Source: Bacteroidota bacterium (GTDB taxonomy: Bacteria; Bacteroidota; Bacteroidia; Bacteroidales; Prolixibacteraceae). Taken from it: DNA of 44,658 nt. Position 1 is the stretch's first letter, and the number at the start of each line of letters is the position of its first letter. A program made the translations under genes and the position numbers. The notes under the pieces were generated by a model that had not been told where the DNA came from, ran no database searches, and worked only from the letters and a program-made list of their open reading frames with translations. This document shows, one piece after another, positions 20,287-27,936 of this stretch. The DNA is taken from NCBI GenBank assembly GCA_023488865.1, contig JAMDDG010000033.1:1-44658 (forward strand). Reading direction: 5' to 3'.

Positions 20287-21813
20287 TTAACTATTGATTA
20301 CAGGGAAATAAAGCCTGAACCGGGTTCCTTTCCCTACTGTACTTTCTACTTTAATTTTTCCATGGTGCTCTTCTACAATACGTTTGACGTAGGAGAGACC
20401 CAGTCCGAACCCTTTCACGTTGTGCACGTTCCCGGTAGGTATACGGTAAAAACGTTCAAATATCTGGCTGAGATGTTCTTTTGAAATCCCAATTCCATAA
20501 TCTTTAATCTGAACAATTACCCAGTTGCTTTTGTTCTCTGTAGATATTTCAATCTTAGGACTTTCCTTGCTGTATTTCTCTGCATTATCCAATAGATTGA
20601 AAATCACATTTGTAATATGTACTTCATCCCCGCTGATTATCGTATTCTCGGCAGAGAGGGAGGTTTGTATAGTACCATTGGAAGTTGTTACACGAATCTC
20701 AAAGTTTAAGACAGCCGATGATACTATTTGGTTTAAATCGATCTCTGTAAATTTTAATTTTAACTTGCCTTCGTTAAAGACCGCCATCTGCAAAACCTTT
20801 TCGACCTGGCTGCTCAATCTTTTGCTTTCGTCCAGAATGACGCCAGAGATATGATCAATAGAAGTGGGGGAATGTATCAGCGAATTGTCTTTTAGCATTT
20901 GGGAGGCGAGTGAGATGGTAGAGATGGGGGTCTTCAACTCATGGGTCATGTTGTTGATGAAGTCGTTTTTAATTTGAGATAACTTCTTTTGCCTCAATAT
21001 AATTTGAAGGGTAAAAACGAAAATGCCGATGATGATGATGGTGAGCAACAGGGAGGGAAGGACAAAGTCGGAGGCTGCTTTGATCTGTTCAGCATGCTGC
21101 TTAGGGAAATATACATATAGAAAATTCGGTTTAGATGAATATTGGTCATAGAAAAGTGGGGTTTTGTACTCCCTTGTACCTTTGGATGGGTTGTAATCTT
21201 TGTCACCTAAAACTATCTCTGTTTTCCCGTTGATTGTTGTTCTTACGCAATATTTGTAAGTAAGCTGGATTTCTTTATCTTTAAATTCAGAAGTAAGAAC
21301 ATATTTCAGAAATTCCGGAGTTACCCTGTCAGCAATCATCATCTCGGAACGTATAAGCATGAAGTCCTGGTACTGGAGAAACTGTGATTGTTTTTCGCTT
21401 TGGCGGTTATAAGAGTTCTGCATGCTGGGTATGTTCAGGCTTATCTCAGATTTCCTAATCTCGAACTTTCCTTTGGGGTCTTTGATTAGGTTGTGGTTAT
21501 AGGAAACTGAAATTTCTCCTGAACGTCCAAGATTCATCAACGACTCAGAAGGATCCGATTTTGGGTAAAGATTATTGAGGCCTCCTGAAGGTTTTACATC
21601 CGGCTGATAGTACTGTGAACCCTGAAAAAAAATTTTGGTCTCCTCTATTTCGAGTGTTTCACAGACATCTGAGAGGGCTCTGTATACAAGTGAAGTGAAA
21701 TTCTTCTCCTGTATTTTGACCATTTTGTTGATCGTAATCAATTGTACCCAAACCATGACAGCCACAGAGATTGCCATTACGATTGCAAGGATGTTGATCA
21801 TTCTTTTGCTCAT
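20287..21813 (-). CDS. Sensor histidine kinase
   Basis: Two TM segments, H-box NNMTHELKTPIS, and an HATPase region (GIGISKEHLSQIFERFYR, GFGLGLSYV). Confidence 0.88.
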   Translation of the reverse strand: MSKRMINILAIVMAISVAVMVWVQLITINKMVKIQEKNFTSLVYRALSDVCETLEIEETKIFFQGSQYYQPDVKPSGGLNNLYPKSDPSESLMNLGRSGEISVSYNHNLIKDPKGKFEIRKSEISLNIPSMQNSYNRQSEKQSQFLQYQDFMLIRSEMMIADRVTPEFLKYVLTSEFKDKEIQLTYKYCVRTTINGKTEIVLGDKDYNPSKGTREYKTPLFYDQYSSKPNFLYVYFPKQHAEQIKAASDFVLPSLLLTIIIIGIFVFTLQIILRQKKLSQIKNDFINNMTHELKTPISTISLASQMLKDNSLIHSPTSIDHISGVILDESKRLSSQVEKVLQMAVFNEGKLKLKFTEIDLNQIVSSAVLNFEIRVTTSNGTIQTSLSAENTIISGDEVHITNVIFNLLDNAEKYSKESPKIEISTENKSNWVIVQIKDYGIGISKEHLSQIFERFYRIPTGNVHNVKGFGLGLSYVKRIVEEHHGKIKVESTVGKGTRFRLYFPVINS

Positions 21814-21893
21814 AAGGCAAATATATAGTTAATAATTAGTTGCAGGGATGATCCTTAACAAAATTTAACAGCAGGGAGCTGCAAGCCTGAATT

Positions 21894-22631
21894 TTAAGCT
21901 TCCTGGGTACTTAATTTCTCAAGGGCTTGCTGTGCAGCATTTTGCTGGGCTTCTTTTTTGGAATAACCTTCGCCGGTACCCAACACTTTCCCATCGACCC
22001 AGGCATCTGAAACAAAAGGCATTTTTTCGGGACCGGGTTCAGGATTGTTGACAGTTTTGAATTCAACCTCCTGTTTGATCTTCTGGCCCCATTCGATCAG
22101 CTGACTTTTGAAATTGTTGTCGACTTTCTCCATCTCCTGCAAATCGACATGCTGATTGAAGATTCTTTTTATGACAAATTGTTTGGCTACCGAATAGCCG
22201 CTATCAAGATAGATGGCGCCTATAAAAGCCTCTAACAAGTCGCCGTAAAGGTGGCTGGACTCGCTGACCGAGTTGGCGTTGGAAACCACAAACCGGTTAA
22301 GTCCCATCTTAAAGGTTAGCTGGGTTAAAAAACTGCGGTTTACGACACGGGACCTCAGCTGCGTAAGAAATCCTTCATCTTTGAACGGGAAGCGGTTGTA
22401 AAGATATTCGGCGACGATGGTACCGAGAACTGCATCTCCCAGGTATTCGAGCCGCTCGTTGTTTACCGTGTTTCCCATTTTATCGGTATAAGAAGCCGAT
22501 TTATGGATGAAAGCGATATCGTATAGCTTGAATTTCAGGGGGCTATGGCCAGTCAGTGATTTAATAAACGAATAAAACTCTTTTCTTTGGGAAGAAAAGA
22601 GTTTTAAATGATATCTCAAATTCCGGATCAC
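21894..22631 (-). CDS. rnc: Ribonuclease III
   Basis: NERLEYLGDAVLG signature and a C-terminal dsRBD (GEGYSKKEAQQNAAQQAL). GTG start abutting the fabF stop. Confidence 0.9.
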   Translation of the reverse strand: MIRNLRYHLKLFSSQRKEFYSFIKSLTGHSPLKFKLYDIAFIHKSASYTDKMGNTVNNERLEYLGDAVLGTIVAEYLYNRFPFKDEGFLTQLRSRVVNRSFLTQLTFKMGLNRFVVSNANSVSESSHLYGDLLEAFIGAIYLDSGYSVAKQFVIKRIFNQHVDLQEMEKVDNNFKSQLIEWGQKIKQEVEFKTVNNPEPGPEKMPFVSDAWVDGKVLGTGEGYSKKEAQQNAAQQALEKLSTQEA

Positions 22632-24009
22632 TTACGAAACTGTTTTTTTGAAGATAACGGTACCGTTGTGGCCACCGAACCCAAAAGTATTGCTTAATGC
22701 GTAGTTGATATTACGTTCTTTTGCTTTGTTGAAAGTAAAATCAATCTTTGGATCAATTTCCGGATCAAGCTCAAATTGGTTGATAGTTGGTGGGACGATG
22801 CTGTATTTCATAGCCAGGATACAAGCAATCGCTTCGATTGCACCTGCAGCCCCGAGCAAATGGCCGGTCATAGATTTGGTCGCACTGATACTCATTTTGT
22901 AGGTGTGGTCGCCAAAAACCATTTTGATTGCTTTGGGCTCAGCGATGTCACCCAAGCCGGTAGAAGTGCCGTGAACATTGATGTAGTCTATGTCTTCAGG
23001 TTGAAGTCCGGCATCAATCAAGGCCCTTTTCATCACAAGGGAAGCGCCGCCGCATTCAGGGTCCGGGGCTGTCATGTGATAGGCATCTGACGACATTCCA
23101 CCGCCAACCAGTTCTGCCAAAATAGTTGCATCCGGCATCAATCAGGGCCCTTTTCATCACAAGGGAAGCGCCGCCGCATTCAGGGTCCGGGGCTGTCATG
23201 TGATAGGCATCTGACGACATTCCACCGCCAACCAGTTCTGCCAAAATAGTTGCACCCCGTGCAATGGCATGTTCGTATTCTTCGAGTATCAAAGCCCCGG
23301 CCCCTTCGCCCATTACAAAACCATCACGGTCTTTGTCGAAAGGACGGGAGGCGGTTTTTGGATCATCGTTGCGGGTCGACAATGCACGCATGGCGTTGAA
23401 CCCTCCGACACCTGCCTGGTTAATAGCAGCCTCTGATCCGCCTGCGACGAAGATGTTGGCTTTACCTAAACGAATATAGGTTGCAGCGTCAATCATTGCA
23501 TGAGTGGATGATGCACAGGCTGTTACTGTGGTAATGGTTGGCCCCCTGAAGCCATATTGCATGGAAATGTTCCCACTGGCCATGTTGGCTATCATCTTCG
23601 GGATAAAGAAAGGGGAAAATCTTGGATTCTCAGGATTGCTATTGAAATCGGTTACAGAGTTATAGAACGTATCCAATCCGCCTATTCCCGCACCCCAGAT
23701 AACACCCACCTCGTCTTTGTCGATTTTGGAGAGGTCAAGTCCGGAGTTTTCAATGGCCTGAGCCGCAGCGATATAGGCATATTGTGCGTACATATCGTGT
23801 TTTTGCACCTCTTTTCGATCCAGATAATCATTGGGATCAAAATTTTTTATCTCGCAGGCAAATTTGGTTTTGAACCTGGAGGCATCAAAACGAGTAATGG
23901 GGCCCGCACCGCTGACCCCATTCCTTAGGCCTTCCCAGAATTCTTCGACATTTTTGCCAAGCGGGTTGATTGTGCCAATACCGGTTACAACAACTCGTTT
24001 TAATTCCAT
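22632..24009 (-). pseudogene. fabF: 3-oxoacyl-ACP synthase II, frame broken by a 124-bp tandem duplication
   Basis: Track ORFs 23056-24009 and 22632-23141 together cover one KAS II (active-site ACASS, HGTST, GFGGHN). Both contain [39 protein letters not shown]. Removing 124 nt gives 1254 nt, or 417 aa. Confidence 0.85.
23007..23254. repeat. 124-bp tandem duplication inside fabF
   Basis: Copies at 23007-23130 and 23131-23254 differ by one substitution (TTG versus CTG Leu, synonymous). Confidence 0.9.
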
Positions 24010-24036
24010 ATTGATTTTTAAGACCTTGCTGATTTG

Positions 24037-24273
24037 TTACTTAACGTTTTCAGTGATGTAAGTGATAGCGTCACCAACTGTGCCGATTTTTTCTGCTTGA
24101 TCATCAGGAATAGCAATACCAAACTCTTTTTCGAACTCCATGATTAACTCTACAGTGTCTAATGAATCTGCGCCTAAATCGTTTGTGAAAGACGCTTCTG
24201 TTGTTACTTCGCTCTCGTCAACACCAAGTTTATCAACAATGATTGCTTTTACCTTAGCCGTAATGTCAGACAT
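24037..24273 (-). CDS. acpP: Acyl carrier protein
   Basis: 78 aa with the LGADSLD phosphopantetheine site. Confidence 0.95.
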   Translation of the reverse strand: MSDITAKVKAIIVDKLGVDESEVTTEASFTNDLGADSLDTVELIMEFEKEFGIAIPDDQAEKIGTVGDAITYITENVK

Positions 24274-24475
24274 AATTTTTAAAATTTACGTGGTTACTAT
24301 TATTAAATTTACACACTGAATTTTTCAGCGATTGCAAAGAAACGAAGAAACAAAATTATCTACCAAATATTTGTTAAAGAATGTAACTTATTTTGCATCA
24401 AATTAACGTCACTCCAATCGGCTTAGAATAATAGGGTCGAAAATTCTAAAAATACGCTATTCCAAATAATTGAAT

Positions 24476-25051
24476 ATGAAGAAAATAGCCATACTTGCTT
24501 CAGGTTCGGGCTCAAATGCAGAGAATATTATTCTTTTTTTTCAACATCATCCTTTTATCAGGATAGACTCAGTATGGACAAATAAATCAGATGCATTTGT
24601 TTTGGAAAGAGCTGAGAGACTGAACGTAGAAGCCCACGTCTTTACTAAGAATGAATTAGCCCAAACGGATCAATTATTGGTAGAATTCAAGAAAAGAAAA
24701 ATCGATTTGATCGTTCTTGCGGGTTTTTTACTCCTTTTACCGCCAAAATTTGTCCGGGAGTTTCAGGTTGTCAATATTCATCCCGCCCTTTTGCCTGCCT
24801 ATGGGGGCAAAGGCATGTACGGCGCACGCGTTCACCAGGCTGTGATTGACAACAAAGAAAAGGAATCGGGTATAACCATTCATCTTGTAGACGAACAATA
24901 TGATCACGGGAAAATCTTAGTGCAGGCAAAGTGTTCGATTGACCCTGATGAAACGCCCGAAACACTGGCTGAAAAAATACACCAGCTGGAAATGGAGCAT
25001 TTTCCCAAAGCCATTGAAAAGTTGCTAAAGAAAGTGCCTAAAGTGAACTAA
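24476..25051 (+). CDS. purN: Phosphoribosylglycinamide formyltransferase
   Basis: ILASGSGSN and NIHPALLP motifs. The track start 24470 is TTG, and ATG 24476 is preferred. The last codons (VPKVN*) lie inside the GTGCCTAAAG repeat. Confidence 0.88.
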   Translation: MKKIAILASGSGSNAENIILFFQHHPFIRIDSVWTNKSDAFVLERAERLNVEAHVFTKNELAQTDQLLVEFKKRKIDLIVLAGFLLLLPPKFVREFQVVNIHPALLPAYGGKGMYGARVHQAVIDNKEKESGITIHLVDEQYDHGKILVQAKCSIDPDETPETLAEKIHQLEMEHFPKAIEKLLKKVPKVN

Positions 25052-25078
25052 AGTGCCTAAAGCTATGGACTCCGAACA
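25032..25078 (+). repeat. 47-bp inverted-repeat arm (left) built on GTGCCTAAAG words
   Basis: It matches the reverse complement of 25663-25709 at 44/47 positions. Confidence 0.85.
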
Positions 25079-25227
25079 TTGTGCAAGTATTTTAGGTACT
25101 CGTTTTTTTCCCGTATATTTGTTATAAACGAACTGCCAAACTATCCGCTGTTGGTGAGGAGCGAAATTTCCATGAAGGTTACGGATGTTGGGGTTATGGT
25201 CAAACAATCGAACAAATAGAGACCGAA

Positions 25228-25617
25228 ATGCGAAACGGGCCGGATGATAATGCGGAGAAGGAAGACCTTGGTAAAAAAGGGGAGGAGATTGCCCGGGAAT
25301 TTCTGGCCTTGAAAGGTTTCAGGATTTTGGATACCAATTGGCATCATGGTCACAAAGAGATCGACATTGTTGCCCGGCTAAACGAGGAGATCGTGGTTGT
25401 AGAAGTGAAAACAAGATTGGAAAATTATGCAGTAGAACCCTGGGAAGCAGTAACTTCTGCTAAAATAAGAAACATTGTCGAAGTGGCAGACGCCTGGCTG
25501 AGGTTTAACCAGGTCGATCTGGAAACAAGGTTTGATGTAATTTCTGTTGTTCTGAAAAGAGACGGGAGTCATTTGATTGAGCATTTTGAGGGAGCTTTTT
25601 TACCTCCGGTAAATTAA
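25228..25617 (+). CDS. YraN-family (UPF0102) predicted endonuclease
   Basis: 129 aa. GEEIAREFL..GFRIL..NW....EIDIVA...VVVEVK is typical of UPF0102. Confidence 0.82.
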   Translation: MRNGPDDNAEKEDLGKKGEEIAREFLALKGFRILDTNWHHGHKEIDIVARLNEEIVVVEVKTRLENYAVEPWEAVTSAKIRNIVEVADAWLRFNQVDLETRFDVISVVLKRDGSHLIEHFEGAFLPPVN

Positions 25618-25645
25618 GTGCCTAAAGTACTTAAAGTGCCTAAAG
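25616..25645 (+). repeat. Direct partial copy of the GTGCCTAAAG word array
   Basis: AAGTGCCTAAAGTACTTAAAGTGCCTAAAG overlaps the yraN stop codon. It can pair with 25680-25709 as a terminator-like hairpin. Confidence 0.75.
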
Positions 25646-25662
25646 AACTTACGCTAAGTATT

Positions 25663-25709
25663 TGTTCGGAGTACATAACTTTAGGCATTTTAGTTCACTT
25701 TAGGCACTT
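25663..25709 (-). repeat. 47-bp inverted-repeat arm (right)
   Basis: Its reverse complement AAGTGCCTAAAGTGAACTAAAATGCCTAAAGTTATGTACTCCGAACA differs from 25032-25078 at 3 positions. Confidence 0.85.
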
Positions 25710-25726
25710 CAGGATTAAACGTACCA

Positions 25727-25954
25727 ATGCAAATAACACAACCAATGAACGTTGAACAAGTCCGGCAAATTTGTATAGCGATGAAAGGGGTGACTGAAGG
25801 TTTTCCTTTCGATGAGGTGACCCTGGTACTGAAAGTGGGGGGCAAAATGTTTGCATTGCTCAATCTCGACAAGGATCCATCTGTCAACCTGAAATGCGAT
25901 CCCGAAAGGTTGACGCTGCTCAGGTCTTACCCCGAAGGGGTTAAATGTGATTAA
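25727..25954 (+). pseudogene. MmcQ/YjbR-family gene, 3'-truncated
   Basis: The N-terminal about 70 aa look YjbR-like (..GVTEGFPFDE..LVLKVGGKMFALL......VNLKCDPER...LR..YP). The ORF stops after YPEGV, where family members normally continue for about 40 more aa. Confidence 0.5.
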
Positions 25955-26067
25955 CCCCGGGTGGAGCGAAGCGGAACCCGGGGAAAGGAAATGTCGCTTT
26001 AAAACCGTCCGCGATAGTATATTGAGAAAAGCAAACATGATGATTTCGGACGGAAGGTACGTATGGC

Positions 26068-26153
26068 GGGAGATGAAAAATGGGAAAATGAGACTGGTAC
26101 CTAAGCGAAGCAGAAGTAATGTGGAAATTTGAAAAGGGAAAGATCACATCACC
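26068..26153 (+). repeat. Partial copy of the mosaic intergenic repeat
   Basis: GAGATGAAAAATGGGAAAATGAGACTGGTACCTAAGCG...AATGTGGAAATTTGAAAAGGGAAAG parallels 10375-10415 and 14895-14960. Confidence 0.55.
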
Positions 26154-26159
26154 AAATGA

Positions 26160-26425
26160 AACGAACATGTTGTTTTCTAACATCCAAGAGGATGAAAATA
26201 ATTTTCAGCAACATGGAGTTCCATACTACCTTTTAAAAACAAATTATTATAGTATGAAACGAGCCATGAGAATTGCTTCTCACACAGGCGAATGATTATC
26301 GGCGAGTTCCATATGGCAAATAAAAAACAAAATTATAATCATATGAAACTACCATGACAAAGATTTTGACACACAGGCGGATGATTATAGCGTCGTAATT
26401 CAGAGATTTGTGTAAAAAAGAAGCT
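26160..26425 (+). ncRNA. Candidate IS110 bridge/guide RNA region in the left non-coding end
   Basis: Non-coding stretch of over 200 nt 5' of the recombinase. It contains a tandem repeat of about 90 bp (26253-26304 and 26342-26392) and several short palindromes. No fold or covariance model was computed. Confidence 0.25.
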
Positions 26426-27675
26426 ATGGAAACGAAAAAAGAACAAATTGCATTTGAACAGGTATTCGAGCGGGGCTGTGGAATAGATGTCCACAAGAAG
26501 GTTTTGGTTGCCACCATCCGAGGTAAAGGAATAAAGGAAGAAACCCGCACATTTAGCAGTTTCACAGAAAGCATTGAAGAACTTCGGGATTGGTTAAAGG
26601 AGAACAAGATCACCCATGTTGCCATGGAAAGTACCGGGGTCTATTGGAAACCGGTGTACAACGTATTGGAGGAAGATTTTGAGGTTCTTTTGGTAAATGC
26701 AAGCCATTTAAAGAACATACCCGGGGACAAGACAGACAAGAAAGACAGCAAGCGCATTGCCAAATTGTTGTTGGCCGGTCTTTTAAAAGGAAGTTTTATT
26801 CCCGGCAAGTCGATACGTGAGCTCCGGGACCTGACCCGTTACAAACGCAAGATAATAGGGCATATAGCATCGGAGAAGAACCGGATACACAAATTTTTGG
26901 AAGATGCCAATATAAAGCTCTCTAGCGTTGTTAGTGATTTGTCAGGGGCAGTGGCCACCAGGATAATTGATGCTATGATCGGCGGACAGGAGGATGTCAA
27001 AGAACTGGTAAAGCTCCGCCATGGGAAGATGAAATCAACGGTAGAAGAACTGGCTGCAGCATTAACAGGAAAACTGACCGACCACCATCGGTTTATGTTG
27101 GGAATGGTAAAAAGATCTATTGGTGATAAAGAATTACTTATCAAAGAACTGGATAAAGAGATAGACAGGCTGTTAAAAGAAAACGAAATGGTGCTGGACA
27201 TCGAACTGTTATCTACAATCCCGGGGGTTGATAAGGATTCAGCAGCATCCATACTGGCCGAGATAGGCAATAAAATGGATCAGTTCCCAAATGAACAACA
27301 TTTAGCCTCATGGGCAGGTTTAAGCCCGGGAAATAACGAAAGTGCGGGTAAAAAAAAAGTTCAAGAATCACACATGGCGACAACTGGCTAAAACTAATTA
27401 TCGTCCAGTGTGCATGGGCAGCAACCCGCACCAAAGGCACATACCTGAGAAGCAAGTATGACAGTCTGGTAGGGCGAAGAGGTAAAAAAAAGGCATTAAT
27501 CGCAGTAGGACACAAGATCCTGATAGCCGCCTACTTCATCCTGAGGGACAAAGTATCATACAAAGAATTAGGTGGTGACTATTTAGAAAAAATGACAAAA
27601 GAGAAAAAGGTCAAAAGACATTTGCAATGTCTAAAGGAGCTAGGAATCGAAGTTGAAATACAAAAAGTTGCCTAA
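26426..27675 (+). pseudogene. IS110-family transposase (DEDD N-domain plus Transposase_20-type C-domain), frame interrupted at an A9 run
   Basis: GIDVHKK, MESTGVYW and LLSTIPGVD..AGLSPGNNESAGKKK lie in frame 2. SSRITHGDNWLK..AAWAATR..ALIAVGHKIL continues in the -1 frame up to the TAA at 27673-27675. One extra A would give a 416-aa protein. Confidence 0.85.
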
Positions 27676-27936
27676 AGGTCGATTTTTTCTGGAGGTTGAA
27701 ATATCCGTATCTGATATGGAAACCCCGCTTATGAAACTGACATCAACGCTAAGCACACAGGACTATAGCCATAGAGCATGCAGATGAAAATTTAACTTTC
27801 TTGGCGTTAAACAACTTTTTTAAACAATTGAATATGAATCTAATACAAAATTATAAACAGATGAAATATTTCTGAAGTCGTTACGCAAGAAATGACCTAC
27901 AAATAACTGATTATCAAAATTTTACATCGGCATATT

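Larger units (their letters stand above)
26160..27790 (+). mobile_element. IS110-family insertion sequence (boundaries approximate)
   Basis: An IS110-type transposase gene with long non-coding flanks. The motif TATGAAAC..CACACAGG..TATAGC occurs twice upstream (26253, 26342) and once downstream (27730). No terminal inverted repeats are seen, as expected for this family. Confidence 0.5.

Noticed and set aside
22632-24009. Two separate beta-ketoacyl synthase genes (23056-24009 and 22632-23141), as the ORF track suggests.
   Set aside because: The two ORFs share an identical 39-aa segment caused by the 124-bp duplication, and together they make exactly one 417-aa FabF. Neither half is a complete thiolase-fold enzyme.
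25228-25617. Reading YraN (nuclease fold, flanked by inverted repeats, near an IS) as part of a defence or toxin system.
   Set aside because: UPF0102/YraN is a widespread single-copy housekeeping-type gene, and no partner genes (methylase, ATPase, antitoxin) are adjacent. Only the flanking repeats are unusual, and they are reported separately.
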